Source: an archaeon
GTDB taxonomy: Archaea; Nanobdellota; Nanobdellia; Woesearchaeales; UBA9642
Assembly (NCBI GenBank): GCA_020057295.1
Contig: JAGVGF010000002.1
Span: forward strand, 190,276 to 254,275
Reading direction: 5' to 3'
Length of the DNA: 64,000 bases
Shown: positions 9,354 through 19,500 of the stretch, in pieces
Layout of the letters: each line of letters begins with the position of its first letter
Position numbering within the stretch: the first letter of the stretch is position 1
The notes under the pieces: generated by a model
What the model saw: only the letters and a program-made list of their open reading frames with translations
Told to the model about the DNA's origin: nothing
Database searches by the model: none
Position numbers and translations under genes: made by a program

Positions 9354-10439
9354 ATGATTACAGATTCAGAGTTAAAACAGTTAAAAGAAGAACTAGTCTC
9401 ATCAAAGAAACCTATTCTTATGTTTGATGATGATACTGATGGACTTTGTTCTTACTTATTGCTTTATAGATTCTTAAAAGATTATACTGACGAAATAAAA
9501 GGTGTAATATTAAAAACAGGTCCAGAACTTGATGGAGACTTGTTTGTTCAGAAAGTTAAGGATTACGATCCTGATAAAGTGTTTATTTTAGACAAAGCAA
9601 TTGTTAGTCAAGATTTTATTGATGGAGTACATAAAAAAGTAATCTGGCTTGATCATCATCCAGTTCTAGATAGAAAAAATGTGTTATATTTTAATCCAAT
9701 GAAACACGAGACTCCTGGAATGAAGGAAGATAATAGACCAACAAGCTACTGGGCATATAAGGTTGTAGAAAAAGACAGGCCTCAAGATATGTGGCTTGCA
9801 GCTGCAGGAATAGTAAGTGATTGGCACATTCCTGAATTTTTGAAAGAGTTTTCAATAAAATATCCTACACTGCTTGATTCTAAGTTTAAATATAAAAATC
9901 CTGGTGATATAATATTCAAAACACGATTAGGATTGCTTATTAGAATCATGTTTTTTAATTTAAAATTTTCCACTAAGGATTCGATGATTTCTGCAAAAAT
10001 AATATCCAGAATAAACGATCCTTTAGAAATAATTGATCAAACAACAAGTGCTGGAAAGTATATCTATAAGCAATATGATAAATTTAATAAGATATATGAA
10101 CGAATAAAATCTCAAAATACTGTTGGAAAAGGAAAACTTCTTGTGTTCACTTATTCGGACAGTTATTCTATAACTTCAGAATTATGTAATGAATTAATAT
10201 ATACTTATCCTAAAAAATTCATAATTATTGCAAGGTTAAAAGAAGAAAAATATATATGCTCTTTTAGATCGCCTGTTTATGACGTTCGTGCAGTGTTAGA
10301 TAAAGCTTTAGTAGGAATTGATGGATATGGTGGTGGACACGAGCATGCATGTGGTGGCGGAATAAACGCAAAAGATTGGGACAGATTCTTGGATAATATT
10401 CGTAAAGAGATATATATTTCTAAACATCATACCAAATAA
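9354..10439 (+). CDS. DHH/DHHA1 family phosphoesterase (RecJ-like / NrnA-like)
   Basis: Motif I 'MFDDDTDGLCS', motif III 'LDHHP', DHHA1 'GGGHEHACGG'. Confidence 0.7.
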   Translation: MITDSELKQLKEELVSSKKPILMFDDDTDGLCSYLLLYRFLKDYTDEIKGVILKTGPELDGDLFVQKVKDYDPDKVFILDKAIVSQDFIDGVHKKVIWLDHHPVLDRKNVLYFNPMKHETPGMKEDNRPTSYWAYKVVEKDRPQDMWLAAAGIVSDWHIPEFLKEFSIKYPTLLDSKFKYKNPGDIIFKTRLGLLIRIMFFNLKFSTKDSMISAKIISRINDPLEIIDQTTSAGKYIYKQYDKFNKIYERIKSQNTVGKGKLLVFTYSDSYSITSELCNELIYTYPKKFIIIARLKEEKYICSFRSPVYDVRAVLDKALVGIDGYGGGHEHACGGGINAKDWDRFLDNIRKEIYISKHHTK

Positions 10440-10491
10440 GAAAAGGTATGATTTTTAAGGAAAAGCTTAGATCTTAAAATTAAATTATTAT

Positions 10492-11571
10492 TTATACAAA
10501 TCTTTCCTTAAAAGTTTCAAAATATGTTATCATCAAGGGTAACAATATTGGACCGATAAATATTCCAACAATTCCAAACATAGCAGCTCCACATATTACT
10601 CCTATAATTACGCTTACTTGACTTACTTTTGCTCTTGCATGCACGATTTTAGCGAGTAAGAAATTATCAATTAAATTAATTATGAAAAAGCTGTATATTA
10701 ATAATCCTATTCCCCTATATAACATCCATTGATCATTAGTCAAATATCCTCCCACAATCAAAAAAAGCGAAGCAGGAAGCCATATAAGCGCTGTACCGGC
10801 TGTCGGGATTAATGTGCAGAAAGCAGTAAGAATTCCTAGAATTACTGGAAAAGGAACACCAAATGCATAATATCCTAAAGTTCCAACTAATCCTTGAATA
10901 AATGCAACAAACAATTGTGCATAAACAACAGTATACGTTATGTCGCCAAATTCTATAATCAATCTTTTTATTGACTTTTGTTTCATCGGGAGCAAATTAA
11001 GAGTTTTTTTAAGTAAATTCTCCCAATCTTTTAGTATAAAATAAGATATTGTCAATATAAGAATTATTTCCGCAATTATAATTGGTATAGTTAGAATAAA
11101 TATAGTTATTTTTTCCTCTATAATTGGTAATAGTTTCGGTAATTGTTTATTAAAACCAAAGGTTGTCAATCTCTCTGCACTAAATGCTTCTGCCTGATTA
11201 AGTAATGCGCATACTTTGGAATCTGCACTATTACATCCAAAACCAAATACAGCTCCTTTCTCAATTTTATCTGATAATGAATGATAGAAAATATATCCTT
11301 GTTGTGTAACTTCGAATGCCAAAAAAGCGAACGGAATTAATATTATAATCATAACGATGAGAAGAGAAAGAATGATTGAAGTAAATTTATTTGATATTTT
11401 TTTGCTTATCCTTTTATAAACAGGAAAAGATACATATGCAAGGAGAATACTGCTTAGTATAATGACTATCATAGGTCTAAGAAAAATAAAAAATAAAACT
11501 AATACAGATATAAATAAAATAAAAGGAACTATTCTTTTGTATTGATGCGCGTGATTATCGAGGAGTTTCAT
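10492..11571 (-). CDS. AI-2E family transporter (UPF0118/PerM-like)
   Basis: ~360-aa, 8-TM protein with an architecture typical of the family; sequence-pattern recollection only. Confidence 0.45.
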   Translation of the reverse strand: MKLLDNHAHQYKRIVPFILFISVLVLFFIFLRPMIVIILSSILLAYVSFPVYKRISKKISNKFTSIILSLLIVMIIILIPFAFLAFEVTQQGYIFYHSLSDKIEKGAVFGFGCNSADSKVCALLNQAEAFSAERLTTFGFNKQLPKLLPIIEEKITIFILTIPIIIAEIILILTISYFILKDWENLLKKTLNLLPMKQKSIKRLIIEFGDITYTVVYAQLFVAFIQGLVGTLGYYAFGVPFPVILGILTAFCTLIPTAGTALIWLPASLFLIVGGYLTNDQWMLYRGIGLLIYSFFIINLIDNFLLAKIVHARAKVSQVSVIIGVICGAAMFGIVGIFIGPILLPLMITYFETFKERFV

Positions 11572-11592
11572 TGTATGAAGATATTTTTATGA

Positions 11593-11862
11593 TTATGTTT
11601 TACCCCAAAATTTTGCTTCTTTTTCCATTTTTGCTAGTCGGGTGTAGTAATCCGGAAATTCTGTTAAATGTGCTAAAGCAATTTTTCCAGTCATCACAGA
11701 ATTATCGTTAGAAACATTAGTGTATAGATTTATTCTTCCATGTTCTAATTCAACATTCATTCCTTTTCTAAATTGTCCAACATCAAACTTTTCCCATGTT
11801 ATTCCTAATTTAACACCTACTATTTCTGCTTCTTTTTTTGTAAATTTATTTTTTGATTTCAT
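11593..11862 (-). CDS. hypothetical protein (small conserved domain, 'GMNVELEHG' motif)
   Basis: 89-aa ORF; reminiscent of a DUF5661-type family, unverified. Confidence 0.35.
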   Translation of the reverse strand: MKSKNKFTKKEAEIVGVKLGITWEKFDVGQFRKGMNVELEHGRINLYTNVSNDNSVMTGKIALAHLTEFPDYYTRLAKMEKEAKFWGKT

Positions 11863-11973
11863 GTAGCATCACATTTTTTATTACTATTATTTAATAAGTC
11901 ACTTTCTCTGTATTGAATGAAAATAATTATATATGCACATCAATAAGCGATGTACATATATTTTTCTTTCAAT

Positions 11974-12228
11974 CTAATTATGCTTTTTCTTCAGTACAGC
12001 CGTAACTGCTGCACCAACAACTGCTCCTGTTGCAGCAGCGATTAATACTGCCTTTTCAGGGTTTTCTTTGATGTAGCCATCGACTTTTTTCTTTACTTCT
12101 ACAGCTTTTTCTTTTAAGTGCGCTATCTCTTTCTCGCCGCTTTTTTTGATGCTTTCAGCTTTATCCATTACTTTATCGACGCCATCATGCGTTTTTTGTC
12201 TTATATCAGATATTTCTTCATGCTTCAT
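11974..12228 (-). CDS. DUF883/ElaB-YqjD-like C-tail-anchored membrane protein
   Basis: C-terminus 'ENPEKAVLIAAATGAVVGAAV' matches the ElaB/YqjD 'ENPWKAVGIAAGVG' anchor; charged helical N-terminus. Confidence 0.5.
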   Translation of the reverse strand: MKHEEISDIRQKTHDGVDKVMDKAESIKKSGEKEIAHLKEKAVEVKKKVDGYIKENPEKAVLIAAATGAVVGAAVTAVLKKKHN

Positions 12229-12257
12229 TTTTTCACCTTGTTTACTTTACAATTTTT

Positions 12258-12599
12258 TTATTTATCAGATTCTGATAATTTTAATATTAACCCTACTACA
12301 AAAACAGTTATTCCTATAGAAAAGAATGCTGTAGAATTGTTCCACATTAGATACTCTACTAAAAAAAAGAATAACGCAAAGATTAATAATAATCCTCCAA
12401 ATCCTATTATTGCAAAGGATAATATTTTTCTTAATATTCTTTTTTCTATTTGTTTTATTCTATCATCAACATTTTTCATAACTATTTCGGCTCCTTCCAC
12501 TATTGGAGGAAGTATAGTTGCTGATATTATTTGAGGAATAAAACTTAACACATCTTTTATAGTGTCCATGAATCCGTGTTTTTTTTCTTGTTCAGTCAT
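12258..12599 (-). CDS. hypothetical membrane protein
   Basis: 113 aa with two predicted TM helices. Confidence 0.35.
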   Translation of the reverse strand: MTEQEKKHGFMDTIKDVLSFIPQIISATILPPIVEGAEIVMKNVDDRIKQIEKRILRKILSFAIIGFGGLLLIFALFFFLVEYLMWNNSTAFFSIGITVFVVGLILKLSESDK

Positions 12600-12647
12600 T
12601 TTTTTGTCCTCTTCATAATAGTTTTACTATCATTTTGTAAAAATGCT

Positions 12648-13286
12648 CTACCACATTTTTGTTTGAATTCTATTAAACAATTTTCTAAACCATATTTGTA
12701 TTCTGTCATCTGGTTCTACGTCTACTTTCATAAATAATGTTGCATTATTATCTTTTGTATCTGTGAATGTTATAGATAAATCTGATTTACCAACAGGAGT
12801 TACAAGACCAGGATAAGGATATAAAAAATCATACTGACGTTCTATAGTATCATAACATCCTCCTATTTTGTCCTTTGTGTGTGAGGAATCACAAATTACA
12901 GGATTCCATCCATGATATTTATTCATAGGACTTACTTTAGGTATAGCAACATCTCTAAATTGAAAAATACAAGAGCTATGTGTCATTTCACAATGTGATA
13001 TTATATTATACCATGTTGTAGGATTGTAATCATTATCGCTGTCAGTAATAGATATAATTAATCGAACTGGTTTTTGTTCATTTTTTATTGTTCCTAAATC
13101 ATATACATAAACTCCGTTAACATCTATTGTTGGACTAACTGTATCAACATATTTTGTTGCATGATTATTATTAGGATCAATGGAATAATAACTTAATTTT
13201 CCAAGAATTGGTGCAGCAGCATTAACACTTATAGTTGCCAAACTTATAGCAATACACAATATAATTATACTTGTTAATTTATTCAT
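12648..13286 (-). CDS. secreted hypothetical protein
   Basis: Signal peptide 'IILCIAISLATISVNA'; Cys-containing 212-aa protein. Confidence 0.45.
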   Translation of the reverse strand: MNKLTSIIILCIAISLATISVNAAAPILGKLSYYSIDPNNNHATKYVDTVSPTIDVNGVYVYDLGTIKNEQKPVRLIISITDSDNDYNPTTWYNIISHCEMTHSSCIFQFRDVAIPKVSPMNKYHGWNPVICDSSHTKDKIGGCYDTIERQYDFLYPYPGLVTPVGKSDLSITFTDTKDNNATLFMKVDVEPDDRIQIWFRKLFNRIQTKMW

Positions 13287-13635
13287 TTTTTTACTCCTTT
13301 AGTTATTTGTCTTTTCATTTCTATAATTTTATTTTTCTAATGTGCTATTATAATTCCAATCAAATTGCTCCTAGTCCAAATGCCAAGATAAATTCAATCT
13401 GATCTTCTCTTAATTTTTGTTCTTTTTCAACCATTGTATAGTTTATATTGTACTTTGTTATCTATATTTCGTTGATGTTTCTGCTGTCCCAAAGATCTAT
13501 TGTTTCTTCAGGTATATCATTGGATTCATATAATTCATCCGTTATTTTTAATGCTCCAAATTTATTTACGTACATCATTTGTTCACCCCTACATTTATGT
13601 ATAATTTAAGTATTATTTATCATTTAAAGTCAAAT

Positions 13636-14000
13636 CTAACCGAATATGTGTGTGATCCAGTAAGCGAATTGATTCCACCAATTACCTATAGTTGACCATA
13701 TACCTGTAGGTGAAGATTCCAATGCAACATTACCTGTAATTAGGTTTCCACTATTACTTGTATTTCCATTATTATTTTGATTTGTTGCTACAGTATTTTG
13801 TTCATTATTATTTTGATTTGTTGTTGGTACTATTGGTGTGGTCGTATTTTGTTTTGGAACTGTTGCTTGTCCTGGTGTACATGATTTTGTTCTTGTCAAT
13901 GTTGTATTGCTATTGTCTGTGTAACATATTTGTGAACTTACGCCTTCTGAATTACATGTTGACCATGTTTCACATTGCAATGGTATTCCTCCTGATGAGC
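13636..14000 (-). repeat. C-terminal module coding repeat, copy 1 (near-identical to 19110..19500)
   Basis: Long identical runs shared with copy 2 (e.g. TGTCCTGGTGTACATGATTTTGTTCTTGTCAATGTTGT...TTACGCCTTCTGAATTACATGTTGACCATGTTTCACATTG); antisense ORFs 13758..14033 and 19337..19540 give near-identical peptides. Confidence 0.7.
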
Positions 14001-17000
14001 CTCCACTACTACCTCCTCCACTCGAAGATGTGACAACTGGTGCAGCAGCTTCTGAATATGTTACAAATTGTGTAAAATGTTTTGTCCAAATAATTAAATC
14101 GTTTCCAACATCTATTTTACAATCGCTTTCAATAGGCAGTAAGTCATTAGCAACTTGAGTATCATTCAAACAAACATTAAGTATTTTTGTAAATACTCCT
14201 GCTCTCGAATAACCCGTAAGTTTTCCTGCCTGACCAGATATTACAAGTCGAGCTGCATTATCAAATGTCAATTTAGTATCACCATAGCCCACTTCAACAA
14301 CTGATAAAACAGTGTTAGTCATTCCATTATTTACTGTTGGCGTTACGCTTGTTAGAACATTAACTGTTGGAACATTCATTATGCCATTCCAATCCTCAGG
14401 ACCAGAAATGGTTGTTCCTGAAGGCAATGTTACACTATAATCAGTTCCTAATGTATCTCTTGAAAGTGTTAAATCATTTGATAAATTAACAGATGTAAAA
14501 TTTGTTGTTACATTTGTTATATTATTAGTTACTGAATTAGTCGTTGTTAAAAGAGACAAATCTAATGTTACTTGTTTTGTATCTTCTATGGTGTTTGGTA
14601 CATTAATATTCGTTAAAGGCGAACCAACCGGAACAAGTATATCTGTTGAATTTTCAGTTACGTTCATAACTTCAGAATCTGCTAATGTTTGATTTTCTGT
14701 TGGAATGTCTGTCATGTTAGTTGTCAATGCAGAGGTAGTATACCATGGTGCATAACTTACATTGCCAGAAATAACGGCTGTAAAATTAGGATTAGCACTG
14801 CCCCAATAATTATACGTTGCGTTAACAAATGGGTGAGTAGAACTTATACTAATATCATTATTAACAAATCTATTTTCGTGTGCAACTACAACAGTGTTAT
14901 CTATATCTGAATATCCAACTGCTATAGCTTCAGTACAGTTTGAAATCGTATTACCTGTTATAGTAGCACGAGTTCCTGTTCCGTAATAGTCCGTTACTAA
15001 AATTCCTGCCGATGTCGAACCGTCATTTGTTGTAACGCCCTTGCAATTTGATATAGCATTGTTAGATATTATTGCTGATGCTCCCGCACCTACTTCTATT
15101 CCATAATCTAAAAAATCACCTGATCCTTTTCCGACATAAGTATTGCCAGTAATCAAAGCGTTACCAATCGCTGGTCCACTATACGCTCCACGAACATGAA
15201 CTCCTATACGTTCAATGTTGCTGAATGTGTTGTTGCTGACTGTTATATTGCCAAACACTACGATTCCGCGGCCAGAGTACGTGCCTGCTTTAATGTTCTT
15301 TATAATATTATTGTTAATCGTTCCATCACCATAAGATGCTATTGCCCAATTAATTAATCGTGTTGGTGCATCACCATCTAGTGTTACATTACTTAAATTG
15401 AAATTCACACCGGTGTTAATCAGGAACCATGCTGCGCTATCAGCATTGTTGCCTGCAGTATCGGTTGATGGCTTTATGATTGTCGTTAGTTTATTAACTC
15501 CGACGATAGATACATTTTTGCTAATGACTATTTGTCCAGTTTCAGTATACGTTCCTGGTCCTACTTTAATCGTGTCGCCGCTCTGAGCAACTCTATCAAT
15601 CGGATATCGTTTTATTGCAGTGTAAATACCAGCAATATTAACAATATCTCCTGTTGAACCACAGCCGATGCAATCCCATGTACGCATTTCATTTGCTGGA
15701 GTCCAAACAGTTACAGATTTATCGAATGTGTTTGCAGTAAGAATAGCGTTCCAATCCAATGAACTATAACCTACATTTCCTTTGTAATTTCCCCAAGCAA
15801 TAACATGTCTACGATCTGCTGTTGTAAATTCATTATTAGTAATTGTTGCTGCTCCAACAGGATACACATCCCATAGATCTGCTTGTGGACCAACAAATTC
15901 AATTCCATCCATAACGTTCTCAAACTTATTACCTATAATTACACGATTAGCAACATCTCCACTCCAACCTGCACCGCTGCTAAAACGGATGCCAGAACCA
16001 TATAAGCCTGCTCCGCCACCATCTAGTAAGTTTCCTTCAATTCTATAAGATTGTAAATGAGAACTGTCTGTTCCCGAATCATACTTTGGATCGTACATAT
16101 AGATTGAAGAAACTCCATCCATTGCATTTATTACAGAATTTTTTATTACAACATTGTTCCCAATCACTTCAACTGTTTTAGTGTTCTCTCCACCGTTCCA
16201 TCCCAAAATTGTGAAACCAGAAATTACTACATTATCAGCTTGAACAAATATTGTGTCCTCATGCCCAGAGTTTAACAATTGTCTTTTTGGACTGATTGTT
16301 GCAAGGACATTATCATAATTTGTTATTACATTTCCATTATTATCAACACCTTGTATAGTGACTGATTTATCTACAAAGATATTGAAATCACTAGAACCTG
16401 CTCCGCCATCAACTTGATTACGGGAATTCGCTTCATCCTGGTTATATGTTCCAGGTGTGACATCAATTATATCGCCACTAGTGGCTGCATCAATCGCAGC
16501 CTGAATAGTATAAAAAGATTGCTCTCCTGAATCAAGAATGTTATTTACATTCGTATCAATGAAAACTGGACCTGAAAAATTCGTAGCGTTAGAAGTATAA
16601 ATAGATATGTTGTTAGAATCTAATGTTACTGCTGTTTGTGCTAATGCTCTTCCGTTTAATGTTGCTCCAGTTAGCATTGCAATATTTGTAGCATCTAAAA
16701 TATTTCCACTTAATACTGATGTTGTTCCAAGTGTTGTTGTGCTAGCGACTTGCCAGAAGATATTTTTTGACTGGCAACTTCCATTTAATATAACTTGCTT
16801 TGAAGAAGCAATATTTAGAGTATTTGCTATTTGAAATATAAACACACCATTCGAGTCTCCTTGACAATCAAGAACAACATTGTTATTTATCAATACCGAA
16901 GTACTTGGACCCCATTTGTAAATTCCTGGTGTTAAAGTCATTCCGCTAATGTCTCCTGCTCCAAGTTCGATATAATCTGCGGATCCTGTGCCATTAACTC

Positions 17001-17388
17001 TTCCAGCTGCATCATTGTAAGCAGTTGTCATATCATTTGTTGCAGTATTAATTTTAGCTGGGGTTGGAACAGCATAGTTATATGCATATATTTTTCCATT
17101 CACTAAAGTTGATGTAGAAAATTGATTAGAACTATCTAGAGTTAACGCGAAATTTCCTGTTATTGCTGTAGAAGTTACTGCAGGGCCGACACCAATATCT
17201 CCAACAATAGATGTTGTACCAGTAGAAGATATTCCGGAACCAGATAATATAACAAAGTCTGCAGTTGATCCGAGATTTACAATCGCGGGACTTGATGCAT
17301 TAACAAAGTATACCATAAATAAGAAAATTATGAGAATAAATACTATTGAATATACAACGATTTTTGATAATATCTTTTTCTGTTTCAT
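13636..17388 (-). CDS. giant secreted surface protein: DUF3494 (ice-binding-like) domain + right-handed beta-helix repeats + conserved Cys-rich C-terminal module
   Basis: Signal peptide; N-terminal domain 'VNLGSTADFVILSGSGISSTGTTSIVGDIGVGP...LTPGIYKWG...NIFWQV...LNGRALAQTAVTLD' is a classic DUF3494 pattern; central PbH1-type repeats ('GNTISNCTEAIAV...'); C-terminal GS linker, 'PLQCETWSTCNS...ICYT...TKSCTPGQ', N/T-rich stalk, 'WWNQFAYWITHIFG'. Confidence 0.8.
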   Translation of the reverse strand: MKQKKILSKIVVYSIVFILIIFLFMVYFVNASSPAIVNLGSTADFVILSGSGISSTGTTSIVGDIGVGPAVTSTAITGNFALTLDSSNQFSTSTLVNGKIYAYNYAVPTPAKINTATNDMTTAYNDAAGRVNGTGSADYIELGAGDISGMTLTPGIYKWGPSTSVLINNNVVLDCQGDSNGVFIFQIANTLNIASSKQVILNGSCQSKNIFWQVASTTTLGTTSVLSGNILDATNIAMLTGATLNGRALAQTAVTLDSNNISIYTSNATNFSGPVFIDTNVNNILDSGEQSFYTIQAAIDAATSGDIIDVTPGTYNQDEANSRNQVDGGAGSSDFNIFVDKSVTIQGVDNNGNVITNYDNVLATISPKRQLLNSGHEDTIFVQADNVVISGFTILGWNGGENTKTVEVIGNNVVIKNSVINAMDGVSSIYMYDPKYDSGTDSSHLQSYRIEGNLLDGGGAGLYGSGIRFSSGAGWSGDVANRVIIGNKFENVMDGIEFVGPQADLWDVYPVGAATITNNEFTTADRRHVIAWGNYKGNVGYSSLDWNAILTANTFDKSVTVWTPANEMRTWDCIGCGSTGDIVNIAGIYTAIKRYPIDRVAQSGDTIKVGPGTYTETGQIVISKNVSIVGVNKLTTIIKPSTDTAGNNADSAAWFLINTGVNFNLSNVTLDGDAPTRLINWAIASYGDGTINNNIIKNIKAGTYSGRGIVVFGNITVSNNTFSNIERIGVHVRGAYSGPAIGNALITGNTYVGKGSGDFLDYGIEVGAGASAIISNNAISNCKGVTTNDGSTSAGILVTDYYGTGTRATITGNTISNCTEAIAVGYSDIDNTVVVAHENRFVNNDISISSTHPFVNATYNYWGSANPNFTAVISGNVSYAPWYTTSALTTNMTDIPTENQTLADSEVMNVTENSTDILVPVGSPLTNINVPNTIEDTKQVTLDLSLLTTTNSVTNNITNVTTNFTSVNLSNDLTLSRDTLGTDYSVTLPSGTTISGPEDWNGIMNVPTVNVLTSVTPTVNNGMTNTVLSVVEVGYGDTKLTFDNAARLVISGQAGKLTGYSRAGVFTKILNVCLNDTQVANDLLPIESDCKIDVGNDLIIWTKHFTQFVTYSEAAAPVVTSSSGGGSSGGSSGGIPLQCETWSTCNSEGVSSQICYTDNSNTTLTRTKSCTPGQATVPKQNTTTPIVPTTNQNNNEQNTVATNQNNNGNTSNSGNLITGNVALESSPTGIWSTIGNWWNQFAYWITHIFG

Positions 17389-17467
17389 TTTTAATCCGCC
17401 TCTCCCCTTGTAAACATATTAAATAATATGTTCTTAAACAATATTTTTTTATTTTTTTATACAAAAT

Positions 17468-17953
17468 TTATCTAGCCTTGACTTCTCCTGGAGATGCTGA
17501 AATAGTATCTTCTGTATTCTCTACATCTCCTTCGGAAAATCTGTAGTGTCTTGTAATTTTAATTCTTGCAGTATCTTCGATCACATCTCCTGTTTTGTCA
17601 GGCAGTAATCGCATATTATGAATATCAATTCCTTGAATTTCTATCTCTACTTTTCTTATACTTGAATGGTTTGGTGTGAGTACAATGGTTTTGTGATCAG
17701 GTCCCCATTTTTTCTCGAATGTTCCAGATGTATAATTAAATTTAGATAAAGGAATATTTGGAAGGGTTAAGCAATTCGCTTTCAAAAAAACAATATACTC
17801 GCCATAAGTCATTATAGGAATTATGCCTTTGCCCTCTTTCTTGCTTTGATTTTCAAAACGTATAGTGTCTTTTCTTTGTATATAGTGCAAACTATTCTTT
17901 TGATTTATGTTACTTTTAATTTCGTCTAATTTATCTTCTTTTGATTTTTCCAT
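17468..17953 (-). CDS. hypothetical protein
   Basis: Start chosen at 'MEKSKEDK' to avoid overlap with the upstream membrane-protein gene; no motif recognised. Confidence 0.35.
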   Translation of the reverse strand: MEKSKEDKLDEIKSNINQKNSLHYIQRKDTIRFENQSKKEGKGIIPIMTYGEYIVFLKANCLTLPNIPLSKFNYTSGTFEKKWGPDHKTIVLTPNHSSIRKVEIEIQGIDIHNMRLLPDKTGDVIEDTARIKITRHYRFSEGDVENTEDTISASPGEVKAR

Positions 17954-17991
17954 TGTAATAATGCTCCATTTTTTAAAATGATATTTTTTTC

Positions 17992-18321
17992 TTAAAGTGG
18001 CCCAGCAATTGTTGGTAATATTAAACTGACAATAATTGCAAAAATCCATATAACTACAGCTATAACAAAAGATTTTATCCAACCAATCTTATATAAACTA
18101 CCTAGAGCGATAAGCCAAGCTATTCCACCAATTAATGCAGCAACCCAACCTATTCCTATAAAATAAGAAGTGAGTGAAAATATTATTGCACCGACAAGTG
18201 CAGTTAATATAGCTGTACCAAATCCTTCTTTTTCTCCAAATAATTTTGCAGCTATATAAATAATAATTGATGATATGATTAAACTTATCAAAAATCCTAT
18301 TAATGCTTCTAATACTATCAT
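17992..18321 (-). CDS. small integral membrane protein (4 TM)
   Basis: 109 aa, Gly/Ile-rich TM helices. Confidence 0.45.
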   Translation of the reverse strand: MIVLEALIGFLISLIISSIIIYIAAKLFGEKEGFGTAILTALVGAIIFSLTSYFIGIGWVAALIGGIAWLIALGSLYKIGWIKSFVIAVVIWIFAIIVSLILPTIAGPL

Positions 18322-18407
18322 AATAAACCTCTATTTCTTGACCGTGTCATTACACAATTTTGTGATAATGATTCCTAATATAGAACCTAAATATTTTTTG
18401 TTAACAT

Positions 18408-18527
18408 TTACGTTTTCATTATTTTTTTTCCTGCAGGTCTGTTTTTTACCATTCCTTTTCCACCTGCGCTCTTTGCAGCTCTTTTCTTTGCTGCTGTCAT
18501 TCTTCCGCCTCTGCTTGATTTTGCCAT
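18408..18527 (-). CDS. possible 39-aa Lys/Ala/Gly-rich basic peptide (not in track)
   Basis: MAKSSRGGRMTAAKKRAAKSAGGKGMVKNRPAGKKIMKT; GGAGG 8 nt upstream of its ATG. Confidence 0.25.
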   Translation of the reverse strand: MAKSSRGGRMTAAKKRAAKSAGGKGMVKNRPAGKKIMKT

Positions 18528-18528
18528 T

Positions 18529-18759
18529 TTATTTCCTCCGTTTGTTATAGTCTATGTTTTTAATTAGCCAATAAATTCCTACAATTATTAGAATAATTAC
18601 TAAGATGCTGAAAATCCAGCCGAGCGACATAAATCCATAACTATATCCGCTCATCATTCCATAACTTCTAAAACCGAATCCGAAAAATTCTAAGAGGATT
18701 AGAATTGCTATAACAACAACTATTCCTATAATAAAATTTTTATTATCTTTCTTTGTCAT
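18529..18759 (-). CDS. small membrane protein
   Basis: 76 aa, two TM helices, basic C-terminus. Confidence 0.4.
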   Translation of the reverse strand: MTKKDNKNFIIGIVVVIAILILLEFFGFGFRSYGMMSGYSYGFMSLGWIFSILVIILIIVGIYWLIKNIDYNKRRK

Positions 18760-18805
18760 TTTTATTTTCCCAAATTTAATTTACTAATATAAATCTGATA
18801 ATTAT

Positions 18806-18994
18806 TTAAGCTTGTTTGATCACGTGAGCTATTACTGAAATTGCAAATAATATTACAAAAATTATAGCTAACCATTTAGCGATTGTAAATGATGTTCCTG
18901 AGATGAATCCAAATCCTAATATTCCAGCAATTACTGCTACTACCAAAAATATTATCGCTAAAAACAACCAGCCTCCTAAACCTTTTTTATTCAT
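18806..18994 (-). CDS. DUF1328 (UPF0391) family small membrane protein
   Basis: 'GWLFLAIIFLVVAVIAGILGFGFISG' matches the DUF1328 pattern. Confidence 0.5.
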   Translation of the reverse strand: MNKKGLGGWLFLAIIFLVVAVIAGILGFGFISGTSFTIAKWLAIIFVILFAISVIAHVIKQA

Positions 18995-19109
18995 TTTTGT
19001 CTCCGTTATAATTATGTATTCTTCACAGTAAGTTTATATCACATTTGAATCAAATGTTCTAATTAAAAAAATAAAAAAATGTATTACGCAACTTTACGTT
19101 GATAAGCTT

Positions 19110-19500
19110 TTAACCAAATATGTGTGTGATCCAGTAGATGAACTGGCTCCACCATCGACCTATAGTTGACCATATTCCTGTAGGTGATGATTCTAATGCA
19201 ACGTTACCTGTAATTTGGTTTCCATCATTTGGTGTATTTCCATTATTATCTTGAACTACTGGTGTAGTCTGATTTACTGCCCAAGTGTTTTGTCCATTGT
19301 TACCTGTGTCTGTTACTGGTGTAGTTACGTTTTGTTTTGGAACTGTTGTTTGTCCTGGTGTACATGATTTTGTTCTTGTCAATGTTGTGTTGCTATTGTC
19401 CGTGTAACATATTTGTGAACTTACGCCTTCTGAATTACATGTTGACCATGTTTCACATTGTAATGGTGTTCCTCCTGATGAACCTCCACCGCCTCCTCCT
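19110..19500 (-). repeat. C-terminal module coding repeat, copy 2
   Basis: See 13636..14000. Confidence 0.7.

Noticed and set aside
13636-13720. PGF-CTERM / archaeosortase signal at the C-termini of the DUF3494 paralogs
   Set aside because: No PGF tripeptide and no basic residues after the hydrophobic stretch. The tail is an aromatic Trp-rich segment and is reported instead as a possible novel anchor.
13758-14033. Track ORFs 13758..14033, 14689..14910, 15398..15586, 16607..16834, 19337..19540, 20050..20409, 21571..21887 and 22329..22574 inside or antisense to the DUF3494 genes
   Set aside because: They are antisense or alternate-frame readings of long repeat-rich coding sequence with low-complexity composition. 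The minus-strand genes have signal peptides and domain motifs.
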